Shown here piece after piece: positions 1 to 7,907 of a stretch of DNA of 32,000 nucleotides. Both the position numbers and the translations under genes were made by a program. The notes below the pieces were generated by a model, which did not search any database, had not been told where the DNA came from, and was given only the letters and a program-made list of their open reading frames with translations. Numbering within the stretch: the stretch's first letter is position 1; every line of letters begins with the position of its first letter. Source of the stretch: Ktedonobacterales bacterium (GTDB taxonomy: Bacteria; Chloroflexota; Ktedonobacteria; Ktedonobacterales; JADMIN01); NCBI GenBank assembly GCA_030167145.1, contig CP126532.1:1230001-1262000 (forward strand), written 5' to 3'.

Positions 1-26
1 CCCACACACCCTTCTCGTCGTCCAGA

Positions 27-545
27 TTAGTCCGTATCCGTGGCGTGCTGGCGTTGCCACCAGTCGCCAACTGAGCCAGAGCGGGGCGCCTCACCCGTGA
101 CGGGCGCCTGAGTCGCCTTGGACTCGGCCTCTTCCCTGGCACGCGAAAGTTCGCGCATCTGGTCCAGGGGATCAGAGGGGATGTTTTCCGCCCGCGCCAG
201 TAGGCTCGCGACCACCGCCGTATCGGCAGCCTGCGCCGCCGCAACGGGAGCGGGGGTGGCGCTGGCTTTAGCGGTCGCGGGCTTACCCGCGGGCCGAAGT
301 CGGTCCAAGTCTGGATCCAGTTTCGGCATAGCTGCCTTAATCACGTCAATGTCACTCAGCTTGTGGCCCTGCTGTGTGTAGTTAAGGAGGGCCGCAATGA
401 TGGGGTTCTCCAGGGGAGGGAGCGCGGTGGGATGGGCTGGAGCCATCTTCTGCACCCGGACCCGTTCCTGCTCGTAGGTGTTAATCTGATCGCGCAGGCG
501 GCGTCCGATCTCCTGGTGATGCAACCACTGTCTGTACTTGCCCAT
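27..545 (-). CDS. hypothetical protein (172 aa; basic/helical N-terminus, Ala/Pro-rich middle, acidic C-terminus)
   Basis: ATG at 545-543 preceded by GGAG about 8 nt upstream (gcGGAGtaactaATG). Uninterrupted 172-codon ORF. No family motif recognised. Confidence 0.55.
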   Translation of the reverse strand: MGKYRQWLHHQEIGRRLRDQINTYEQERVRVQKMAPAHPTALPPLENPIIAALLNYTQQGHKLSDIDVIKAAMPKLDPDLDRLRPAGKPATAKASATPAPVAAAQAADTAVVASLLARAENIPSDPLDQMRELSRAREEAESKATQAPVTGEAPRSGSVGDWWQRQHATDTD

Positions 546-676
546 TAGTTACTCCGCTGTCTGTGGGAGGGAGTGTTGTTTCACCCCGAACTCGTCACCG
601 ACCCGGGAGCATCCCACCACCCTCACTGCCACGGCCGGCCTGCGCGTTGCGGACCCTGCCGAGCTATGACTGGGCT

Positions 677-705
677 AGTATAGCATAGGCGAACAGGGCG
701 TACAA
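677..705 (-). promoter_or_regulatory. sigma70-like promoter candidate for the 27..545 gene
   Basis: On the minus strand: TTGTAC (705-700), 17 nt, TATACT (682-677). This implies a leader of about 125 nt before the ATG at 545. Confidence 0.45.
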
Positions 706-747
706 TCATCAGCTCCGCATGGGCCATTATGGGCTATTGGAAGCGCG

Positions 748-775
748 GTGCTCCGGCCATCAATGGCCGGAGCAC
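748..775 (-). terminator. perfect 13-bp inverted repeat; likely terminator of the M16 peptidase gene, or a palindromic binding site
   Basis: GTGCTCCGGCCAT-CA-ATGGCCGGAGCAC, a perfect 28-nt palindrome. It lies about 100 nt downstream of the M16 stop (873) and upstream of the 677-705 promoter candidate. No U-tract follows. Confidence 0.45.
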
Positions 776-872
776 GGACGCGAAGGCATGAATGTCATGG
801 GAGATTCCGTGCGGCAGGGGCAGACAGGAATGTCCGCCCCACCACAGGATGACCAGAGCGCACGGCGCGCTC

Positions 873-2198
873 CTATGAGGCTGCGTCGTCGGATTCGGTT
901 TCGGATTGGGCGGTGACGCCAAGCTGGGCGGCTTCGACGGGGCCGTAGGCGAGCAGGACATGGCGGTCGGTGAGGGGGTAGCGGTCGAGGACGCGGCGGA
1001 TGTCGGCGATGGTGACGCGCTCGATCTCTTCCATCTCTTCTTCGATGGTGCGCAGGCGGTTTTCGCGGAGCCAGGTGTAGGCGAGGTCTTGCATGCGGCT
1101 GTAGGCGGATTCGCCGTCGAGGACGACACGGCTGACGAGTTTGTCTTTGGCGCGGCGCAGTTCGTCTTCGTGGACGCCGTCGTCTTGCATGCCTTTTAGC
1201 TCGGCCTTGACGAGTTCGAGGACGCCGGGGGCGTGGTCGGGGGTAGTGCTGATGAAGGTGAGTAGCATGCCGGTGTGGTCAAAGGGTGAAAGGGAGGCGG
1301 CGGCGGTTTCGGCGAGGCCTTTCTGAAAGATATTCCAGAAAAGGCGAGAGCCGGTGTGATCGCCAAGGACCATAGCGGCGAGTTCGGCGGGGTAGAGGTC
1401 GGGGTCCTGGAAGCTGACGGCAGGGCAGGCGAGGAGCATGATCTGCTGCTTGAGGTTGGGTTTGACGATGACGCGGGCGGTGGGTTGGGCGGGCAGATAG
1501 GGCTGGGCGGTGCGGCCTTGCTCGCCGCCGCGCCAGTCGCCGCATTTTTCGGCGGCGAGATCGAGCAGTTGCTGCCAGTCGAAGTTGCCAGCGATGGAGA
1601 GGATGAGGTTGTTGGCGGCGTAGCGGCGGGCAGCGTAGTCGCGCATCTGCTCAACTTGCAGGTCGCGGATGCTTTCGCGAGTGCCGAGGACTTCGTGGGC
1701 GAGGGACTGGCCGTCGAAGTAGGTGGCGATGAGCTTGCGGTACGCCTGGCTGGTGGGAACGTCTTCGGAGCGGGCGATTTCTTCGAGGATGACGTTGCGC
1801 TCCATGTCGAAGTCGGTGGCGTCGAGGCGGGGGCGCATCATGTCGCTGAGCAGATCTACAGCACGGGGGAGATATTCGCCGAGGACGCGGGCGTAGTAGA
1901 CGGTTTGTTCGACGGAGGTGAAGGCGTTGAATTCGGCGCCCATGGTGTTGAAGTCAAGGGTAATTTGTTCGGCGTCGCGGTGGGCGGTACCTTTGAATAC
2001 CATGTGCTCCAGGAAGTGGGAGACGCCATAGAGGGCTGGGTCGTGCTCGTCACGCGCGCCGGTGCGGACGTGGAAGCAGATGGAGATGGATTCGAGGTCG
2101 GGCATCTGCTGTCCGAGGATTTGGAGTCCGTTGGGGAGCGTGTGGTGGAGGAGCCGTGTTCCGGTGCTAGGGGTCTGCTGCTGTTGTGGAGCTGCCAT
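873..2198 (-). CDS. M16 (pitrilysin/insulinase) family zinc peptidase
   Basis: 441 aa with an ATG start. Inverted zincin motif HxxEH in 'SHFLEHMVFKGT', with the downstream 'NAFTSVEQTVYY' Glu region typical of active M16 subunits. Confidence 0.9.
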   Translation of the reverse strand: MAAPQQQQTPSTGTRLLHHTLPNGLQILGQQMPDLESISICFHVRTGARDEHDPALYGVSHFLEHMVFKGTAHRDAEQITLDFNTMGAEFNAFTSVEQTVYYARVLGEYLPRAVDLLSDMMRPRLDATDFDMERNVILEEIARSEDVPTSQAYRKLIATYFDGQSLAHEVLGTRESIRDLQVEQMRDYAARRYAANNLILSIAGNFDWQQLLDLAAEKCGDWRGGEQGRTAQPYLPAQPTARVIVKPNLKQQIMLLACPAVSFQDPDLYPAELAAMVLGDHTGSRLFWNIFQKGLAETAAASLSPFDHTGMLLTFISTTPDHAPGVLELVKAELKGMQDDGVHEDELRRAKDKLVSRVVLDGESAYSRMQDLAYTWLRENRLRTIEEEMEEIERVTIADIRRVLDRYPLTDRHVLLAYGPVEAAQLGVTAQSETESDDAAS

Positions 2199-2468
2199 GC
2201 GTGTAGCCTCTACTTCACTGTTGTGGTGGGTGGGCGCGATGTATGGATGTCAGTGGGTATGTATACAAGACGATAGGGCATTGGTGTCTAGGGGTGATGA
2301 TAGCCCGGCGAGGGGTGGGGTGTCAAAGGAGGAGCGGCGGGAAAGAGTCGCGGGCGGTTGATGTAGGACGAGCGGGTAGTTGAAACCGCGCTTGTCGGAA
2401 TGTCTGCTCTACTACAGCGGACAGCAGAGGGAAAGGACCGGATAATCGAGGCGTGTGGCTGGGTGGGT

Positions 2469-3587
2469 TTATTCGGCCTCGGTGGTGGAGGCGCCAAGCG
2501 CGGGGAGGTTGCGCTGCTGGGCGCGGCGGCGGCGGCGCTCGTGCAGGGCGCGACGGATGCTGACCACGCGCTCGTAGGGCCAGTAGATCAGCGGGCGCAG
2601 CACGAGATCTTGCGTGGGAAGCACGCGCCAGACATAGCCACCGAAGCCGCGTTTATAGAGGTAGACGCCGTAGAGGTCTTCGCCCGGCTCAAGCTTATCG
2701 GGGATGGTACGCCAGTCATAATACTTCGCCCCGTGCGCCTTGGCCCACTTGATCGCCTCCCATTGCAGGGGATGATTCGGGCGCAACTTGCGATGTTCGG
2801 GCATGTCAGAGGATGCGCCGTGCAGATACCACGCCCACTCGCCCAGGACGGCCACGGTCAGTGCGGAGACCAGTTCGCCGTTGTGCTCGCCGAGGAAGAG
2901 CACCATATGCGCGGTGCCGTCGCGCGCCGCCGCCTCAGCCGAATAGTGCGCGAGCATATCGCGGAAGAGGTCTTTGGGGTAGATGTAGAAACCGTCGCGC
3001 TTGCCGGTCTCTACTAAGAGGCCGTAGAAGGCGTCGAGGTCGGCTTCACCCGCAGCGATGCGGAAGGTCATGCCGCTTTTCGCTCCGGCGCGCACATAGC
3101 GCCGCCACGAGGCCGACATGTTGGCCAGAATCTCTTGTTCCGTGCCGCTGATGTCGGTGACCCATGCGCCAGTCATGTAGATATTGTGGGTGGTCTCGCG
3201 GAAGCCTAGCCGCTTGAGCGCCACGGTCCAGGACTTGTCATCGCACGAAACGTTCGGCTCCGCGCGAATCAGGAATGCCCCGCGCTTGCGCGCCTCGCGC
3301 CTGGCGAAGGTGATCAGCAGCGGCAGCGCAGGCGAATTGGGGTCCGCGCAGACGGGACCGCGCGGCGAATAGAAGAACGGCGTGGGAACGCCCTGCGCCT
3401 TGCTGCGCACCAGCAGCATCGCCGCCACCAGCCGGTCGCCATCCATCACGCCGACGCGCAGCGAGCCGTGGCGCGCCTCTGGCTCGGAATGCTCCGGCCA
3501 CTCATAGGTTTGGCAGATATGCCCGGTGGGATTCTCGGCGACAAAGCGGTTCCAGAGGAGTCGGTTCTCGATCAGCTTCGCTTCCAA
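2469..3587 (-). CDS. FemAB-family peptidoglycan peptidyltransferase (lipid II aminoacyl transferase-like)
   Basis: The track ORF 2469..4160 overlaps the antiporter, so its N-terminal part is unlikely to be translated. I place the start at TTG 3587 (GAGGTGGAATA-TTG); GTG 3602 is an alternative. The product begins 'LEAKLIENRLLWNRFVAENPTGHICQTYEWPEH...' and continues with FemX-like features such as 'WAWYLHGASS', 'PNHPLQWEAIKWAKAHGAKYYDW' and 'LYGVYLYKRGFGG'. Confidence 0.8.
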   Translation of the reverse strand: MEAKLIENRLLWNRFVAENPTGHICQTYEWPEHSEPEARHGSLRVGVMDGDRLVAAMLLVRSKAQGVPTPFFYSPRGPVCADPNSPALPLLITFARREARKRGAFLIRAEPNVSCDDKSWTVALKRLGFRETTHNIYMTGAWVTDISGTEQEILANMSASWRRYVRAGAKSGMTFRIAAGEADLDAFYGLLVETGKRDGFYIYPKDLFRDMLAHYSAEAAARDGTAHMVLFLGEHNGELVSALTVAVLGEWAWYLHGASSDMPEHRKLRPNHPLQWEAIKWAKAHGAKYYDWRTIPDKLEPGEDLYGVYLYKRGFGGYVWRVLPTQDLVLRPLIYWPYERVVSIRRALHERRRRRAQQRNLPALGASTTEAE

Positions 3588-3636
3588 TATTCCACCTCGC
3601 ACCCAAGCTCGCGCATATCGGATAACACAGAGCAGG

Positions 3637-3665
3637 AGTATAGCAGAGCCGTTCGCGCCGGGCAA
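3637..3665 (-). promoter_or_regulatory. sigma70-like promoter candidate for the FemAB-family gene
   Basis: On the minus strand: TTGCCC (3665-3660), 17 nt, TATACT (3642-3637). It lies about 50 nt upstream of the TTG start at 3587. Confidence 0.35.
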
Positions 3666-3699
3666 ACCGGCTGGCACAGACGGGTAGGCAAGCGCGTCG

Positions 3700-3837
3700 C
3701 TAGTCGGGGTCAAGCGCCGACTTCGGTTCGGTCGCGTAGGATGCGCGCCACGCGGCATAGCCGCCGCGCAAGGCGCGGGCGTCGAAGCCCAACGCGCGTA
3801 GCTGCCGCGCCACACGGGCGCTGGTTGCCTCGTGCGC
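3700..3837 (-). other. in-frame continuation of the antiporter ORF past TGA 3838-3840; encodes the missing C-terminal half of the rhodanese domain
   Basis: The same frame reads AHEATSARVARQLRALGFDARALRGGYAAWRASYATEPKSALDPD and then TAG (3702-3700). There is no other stop in these 45 codons. 'LGF..ARAL.GGY.AW' is the canonical rhodanese C-terminal helix-strand motif. Confidence 0.65.
3805..3824 (-). promoter_or_regulatory. GC-rich stem-loop 14 nt downstream of the in-frame TGA (SECIS-like candidate)
   Basis: RNA CC-A-GCGCC CGUGU GGCGC-GG: 7 bp with one bulged A and a 5-nt loop with G at loop position 2. The loop starts 22 nt after the UGA. Hairpins like this are frequent in GC-rich DNA, so the evidence is weak on its own. 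Confidence 0.3.
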
Positions 3838-5298
3838 TCAGGTGCAGTAGGCCACCACCGTGCGGTCGCGCGCCGCCTTGGCCGCCCATTCGAGAATCTG
3901 ATCAGGGACGACACGGACGCTGCCCGGAATCTGGTTCTGCGCGACGTCGTATTGCGCGCGTGTCCGCACATCCAGCACCACGGGCGGTTTGTCGCTGGCA
4001 AGCAGTTCCGCCAGTTCTTCGGGCGCGACGCGGGGCACGGCATCGGCTTCGCCCTGGAACAGGCCACCGACGGTACCCTCGCGCTCCTCGGCGGGCGTCT
4101 GCTGGGCGTGCGCCACCTGGCGCGCGTAGCGGGCGGCCAGGGGGTTGGCGGTGACACCATGTGCGACGACGGAGACCAGCACGACCACGCCAGTGACAGC
4201 CAGCAGACTCACTGCGCCGGGCACGTTGGCCTCCACCACCAGCAGGGCGAGCAGCAACGCGCTGAGGCCACGCGGGCCGAACCAGCCGATGAAGGCGCGC
4301 CCAGCGGCGCTGATGGTGGCCCGCCGCAAGACGAGATCGAAGGCAACGGGGCGAATGATGCCGATGGCAATGATCGCCAGCAGTAGCGCGGGAAAGATGG
4401 CAATCGTGCCAAAGAGCGTGGAGAGCACCGCGCCGAATAAAAGGAAGGCGAGCAACATCGCCATCTCGGCGGTGACTTCGCCGTATTCGAGGAAACAATC
4501 GCAGAGCGTCACATCGAAAATCGCCACGGCGAGACCGGCGAAGTAGGCCGCGAGAAAGCCATCGCCGCCAACGACCTGGGCCGCCGCGTATGCGGCGAGC
4601 ACCAGCCCCATTCCGTACATCGCCTGGTACTCACGGCGGATGTTCATGCGCTTGTCCACCTGACCCATCAGCCACGCGCCAATTCCGCCGACGATCAGCC
4701 CAACCACTGGGCTGAGCACCAGCAATTGCGCCAGGAATCCGAACCAGGCGAATGCGCCGTGGAGGGATGCCTGGCTGATGGCAATCAAGATCAGGATGAT
4801 GGGCAGCACGACGATATCGTTCATGCCGGCTTCGATGCTCAGCGCACGACGTACCGAGCGCGGGATGCGCTCGTTGCGGACGATATCGCGCAGCACGATG
4901 ATGTCGGTTGAGGCGAGAACCGCGCCAAGCAGCAGCGACTGCGGCAGCGTGGTTCCCAGGAGCCAGTGCGCGACCAGCGCGATGCCGACGACGGTAAGCA
5001 GCGTGCCCGGCCCCAGAGAGAGCAGCGGCACGTGCCAATCGCGGCGCAGTTCTTCGATTTCCAGGTTGACGGCGTCGAGGAAGAGCACCAGCGCCAGGCT
5101 GAGGGTGGCAACGGCGACGAGCACCGGCGAATGCGGGCCAAGCGTGATAACGCCGGTGACGCCTTGGCCCAGGAGCAGACCGAGGCCGAGAAACAGCATG
5201 GGGAAGGAGACCGGCGCGCGTTCGACGAAGCGCGAGACCAGCGCCGATATCAGTAGGACCAGGGCCACCAGGGCGAACCACGAGGTCAGGTCGTTCAT
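3838..5298 (-). CDS. CPA1-family cation/proton (Na+/H+) antiporter fused to a C-terminal rhodanese domain; conventional call ending at TGA 3838-3840
   Basis: ATG at 5298 with AGGAG about 10 nt upstream. Polytopic membrane domain with 'ASTDIIVL' and 'SIEAGMNDIVVLP' exchanger motifs. The C-terminal 'ELAELLASDKPPVVLDVRTRAQYD..IPGSVRV..RDRTVVAYCT' is the N-terminal half of a rhodanese fold, and it ends at a stop two codons after the catalytic-position Cys. Confidence 0.9.
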   Translation of the reverse strand: MNDLTSWFALVALVLLISALVSRFVERAPVSFPMLFLGLGLLLGQGVTGVITLGPHSPVLVAVATLSLALVLFLDAVNLEIEELRRDWHVPLLSLGPGTLLTVVGIALVAHWLLGTTLPQSLLLGAVLASTDIIVLRDIVRNERIPRSVRRALSIEAGMNDIVVLPIILILIAISQASLHGAFAWFGFLAQLLVLSPVVGLIVGGIGAWLMGQVDKRMNIRREYQAMYGMGLVLAAYAAAQVVGGDGFLAAYFAGLAVAIFDVTLCDCFLEYGEVTAEMAMLLAFLLFGAVLSTLFGTIAIFPALLLAIIAIGIIRPVAFDLVLRRATISAAGRAFIGWFGPRGLSALLLALLVVEANVPGAVSLLAVTGVVVLVSVVAHGVTANPLAARYARQVAHAQQTPAEEREGTVGGLFQGEADAVPRVAPEELAELLASDKPPVVLDVRTRAQYDVAQNQIPGSVRVVPDQILEWAAKAARDRTVVAYCT

Positions 5299-5368
5299 GC
5301 CGAATCATCTCCTAGCTACCCAACGCATAGTGGCAAGTTTCGCGGTGGACACCCCTACAGGAGCATCG

Positions 5369-6553
5369 CTAGCGTGCGAAGGCGGTCATGCCGGTGACTT
5401 CGCGGCCCACAATCAGCGACTGGATGGTATCGGTGCCCTCGTAGGTGAAGACGGCCTCGATGTCGGCGAAGTGGCGGGCGATGTGGTATTCCAGCAGGAT
5501 GCCGTTGCCGCCGAGCATCTCGCGCGCTTCGGCGACGACTTCGCGCGCCAGCCGCGCGTTGTTCATCTTCGCCAGCGATGCCATACCCTCAGTCATCTGC
5601 CCCTGCTGCTGCAACTGGGCCAGACGCAGGCAGAGCAGTTGCATGGTGGTGACGTTGGCGAGCATCGAGGCGAGCTTACTCTGGATAATCTGGAAGCTCG
5701 CCAGCGGCTTGCCGAACTGCTTGCGCGCCTGAGTGTAGGTCAGCGCGATCTCGTAGGCCGCGATGGCATGCCCCACCGCTTCCCACGCCACGCCGGAGCG
5801 TGTCGCCGTCAGCACGCGGGCAGTATCCTTGAAGCTGCGCGACTGCGCGAGTCGGTTTGCCACCGGCACGCGCACACCGCTGAGGGTGATGTCGGCCTGC
5901 CAGACGGCGCGCTTGGCGACTTTGCCGGTCATCACCTCGGCGACGAAGCCTGGTGTGCCCTTCTCCACCAGGAAGCCGCCAACATTGCCGTCGTCGTCGC
6001 GCGCCCAGACGATGACCACATCGGCGAAGGAGGCGTTGCCGATCCAGCGTTTTGCGCCATCGAGCACATAGTAGTCGCCGTCGCGGTGGGCGCGGGTTTC
6101 GAGGGCGACGGCATCGGAGCCGTGGTTCGGCTCGGTGAGGGCGAACGCGCCGATCTTTTCCATGCGCGCCATCGCGGGCAGCCAGCGTTGCTTCTGCTCC
6201 TCGGAGCCGAGCATGGCGATGGAACTCATGGCGAGGCCGGAATGCACGCCAAAGAAGGTGCAGACGCTGGCGTCGCCGCGCGCCAGTTCCAGGGCGACGA
6301 GGCCGGTGGCGAGCGCGCTCATGCCGGGGCAGCCGTAGCCCTGGATGCTCGCGCCCGCAATGTTGAGCGTGGCGAGCTTGGGGATCAACTCGAAGGGGAA
6401 CTCGGCACGCTCCCAATAGCCGTTTATGACGGGGATTACCTCGGCGTCGCAGAAGGCGCGCACTTTGTCGCGCACCGCACGTTCGGCGGGGGTAAGCAGG
6501 TCGTCCATGCGGTAGAAGTCGGTGCCAAGGGATGTGGTGACATCGGCGATCAT
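5369..6553 (-). CDS. gcdH: acyl-CoA dehydrogenase, glutaryl-CoA dehydrogenase-like
   Basis: I place the start at ATG 6553 (AAGGA about 10 nt upstream); the longer track ORF to 6847 has a non-ACAD N-terminus. Motifs 'AFALTEPNHGSD', 'KRWIGNA', 'ARKQFGKPLASFQ' and the C-terminal 'FTYEGTDTIQSLIVGREVTGMTAF' resemble the GCDH signature. Confidence 0.8.
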   Translation of the reverse strand: MIADVTTSLGTDFYRMDDLLTPAERAVRDKVRAFCDAEVIPVINGYWERAEFPFELIPKLATLNIAGASIQGYGCPGMSALATGLVALELARGDASVCTFFGVHSGLAMSSIAMLGSEEQKQRWLPAMARMEKIGAFALTEPNHGSDAVALETRAHRDGDYYVLDGAKRWIGNASFADVVIVWARDDDGNVGGFLVEKGTPGFVAEVMTGKVAKRAVWQADITLSGVRVPVANRLAQSRSFKDTARVLTATRSGVAWEAVGHAIAAYEIALTYTQARKQFGKPLASFQIIQSKLASMLANVTTMQLLCLRLAQLQQQGQMTEGMASLAKMNNARLAREVVAEAREMLGGNGILLEYHIARHFADIEAVFTYEGTDTIQSLIVGREVTGMTAFAR

Positions 6554-6719
6554 GATGGTGGTCCTTTGCTGTGGTGATGAGCGGCCGGGGTGGCGTGGGT
6601 TTGGTGATGCCCTTTGGCATTGTACCGCTTTCGGGCGAGCGAGCACCTGGCTCACGTGAGGCAAAGATTGGAAGAGGATGAGGAAATGGCCCCCCATCTT
6701 CCGCTGAGCGGTGATCCGC

Positions 6720-6727
6720 GATACAAT
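6720..6727 (+). promoter_or_regulatory. -10-like octamer GATACAAT upstream of the DUF929-VKOR pair
   Basis: GATACAAT lies 98 nt upstream of ATG 6825, with a weak -35 (TTCCGC, 17-nt spacing). The same octamer recurs upstream of nuoJ and of the 31848 partial ORF. Confidence 0.35.
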
Positions 6728-6789
6728 GGCGGCAATGGCGCATTTGCGGGCGCATGGCGCGGACTGCGACGACGCCAGACGGCTACGGC

Positions 6790-6811
6790 GGAATCCATGG
6801 TGGAATCCATG
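6790..6811 (+). repeat. tandem direct repeat GGAATCCATG-gt-GGAATCCATG immediately upstream of the DUF929 RBS
   Basis: Two exact 10-nt copies at 6790-6799 and 6802-6811. A second tandem, CAATGGCG-g-CAATGGCG, sits at about 6724-6740. Confidence 0.5.
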
Positions 6812-6824
6812 AGGAGCAGGATAT

Positions 6825-7886
6825 ATGGCGAACTCGAAGCGTGGCAATAGGCCGTCCTCGGCGGCGAAGCCCGGCGCGAACGCGAAACCGGGCGCGCGGC
6901 CAGCGACGGCGGGCCAGCGTGCAACCGCGACTGCAAGCGCAACGGCAAAGCAGTCCGCGCAAGCTGCGGCGATGAAGGGCGGAAGCAGCCGCCTGGAGGC
7001 GGTGCGCGCCAGCGCGGGGGCGCAACCGCGCCGCCCGCAGCAGCGGCGCTATGCCCAGCGCGCTACCGGATGGCGGGCGTTCTTGCAGGGGCCGCGCGCG
7101 ATTGGCCTCTCGGTGGTGGCGATGGCGCTGGTGGTGGTGCTGTTCGTGATTTTGGCGAACCGGCAAGCGACGGTGAGGGCGACTCCGGTCTCCGCGACAC
7201 TCTATAAGCAGGTGACGCAGATTAGCCCGGATGTCTTCGCCAAGGTCGGTACGGGTAGCCAGAGTGTGCCGTTCAAGGCGACGCCAGCCAACACCGCAGT
7301 GCTCAAGGATAGCTCTGGCAAGCCGATCATTGTCTATATTGGCGCGGAATATTGCCCGTACTGCGCTGCCGAACGCTGGAGCGTGATTACGGCGCTCAGC
7401 CGCTTCGGCACGTTCAGCAATCTGCATACGACCAAGTCTACGACCAACGATACGCCTGCGGATATTCCAACGTTCACGTTCTACCAGAGCAGCTATGCGA
7501 GCCAGTATGTGAATTTCCAGCCGGTGGAGATCGAAGATCGAAACGGGCAAACGCTGCAACAGATGACCGCGGAGCAGAACAAGTTGTTCGCCCAATATGA
7601 CGCCGATCCCTATACCACCAGTCCAGGGGCGATTCCTTTCATCAGCATCGCTAACCAGTTCATCCAGGTGAGCGCGGGCTATCAGGTGGCGCTGATCCAG
7701 ACGGATACATGGGATAGTATCGGGCAGGCGCTGCAAGATCCGACCTCGCCGGAGGCGCAGGCGATCATCGGCAACGCCAACTATCTGACGGCGGCGATCT
7801 GCAAGGTGACGAACAATCAGCCAGCGAATGTCTGCACCGCCGCGCCGATTCCGACGATTCAGCAGAGCCTGCCGAAGGGCCAGTAG
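6825..7886 (+). CDS. DUF929-like membrane-anchored thioredoxin-fold protein (CPYC motif)
   Basis: ATG with GAGGAG 8 nt upstream. Lys/Arg/Ala-rich N-terminus, one TM helix ('AIGLSVVAMALVVVLFVILA'), then 'IIVYIGAEYCPYCAAERWSVITALSRFGTF', which I recognise as the DUF929 hallmark. The CxxC is at 7353-7364. Confidence 0.78.
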   Translation: MANSKRGNRPSSAAKPGANAKPGARPATAGQRATATASATAKQSAQAAAMKGGSSRLEAVRASAGAQPRRPQQRRYAQRATGWRAFLQGPRAIGLSVVAMALVVVLFVILANRQATVRATPVSATLYKQVTQISPDVFAKVGTGSQSVPFKATPANTAVLKDSSGKPIIVYIGAEYCPYCAAERWSVITALSRFGTFSNLHTTKSTTNDTPADIPTFTFYQSSYASQYVNFQPVEIEDRNGQTLQQMTAEQNKLFAQYDADPYTTSPGAIPFISIANQFIQVSAGYQVALIQTDTWDSIGQALQDPTSPEAQAIIGNANYLTAAICKVTNNQPANVCTAAPIPTIQQSLPKGQ

Positions 7887-7907
7887 CGAGCTAGAGGAGT
7901 ACGCGCG

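Noticed and set aside
1356-2276. 306-aa plus-strand ORF
   Set aside because: It is antisense to the M16 peptidase (HxxEH motif on the minus strand). Its translation is Gly/Ala/Val/Glu-rich with low complexity.
3588-4160. N-terminal 191 codons of the 563-aa track ORF 2469..4160
   Set aside because: This part overlaps the antiporter/rhodanese coding region in another frame and is Arg/Pro/Ala-rich. FemAB-family similarity begins only at 'LEAKLIENRLLW', which has its own SD and TTG/GTG start.
4778-6577. 599-aa plus-strand ORF, the longest in the track
   Set aside because: It lies entirely antisense to the antiporter and the acyl-CoA dehydrogenase, both of which have clear family motifs. Its translation is Arg/Ala/Gly-rich with low complexity and no motifs. 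This is the typical stop-poor antisense frame of GC-rich DNA.
6554-6847. N-terminal 98 codons of the 492-aa track ORF for the acyl-CoA dehydrogenase, and the 78-aa plus-strand ORF 6614..6850
   Set aside because: ACAD similarity starts at 'MIADVTTSLGTDFY', which has an SD. The upstream extension would run through the divergent promoter region and into the DUF929 gene. The 78-aa ORF has no SD or motif and overlaps that promoter region.
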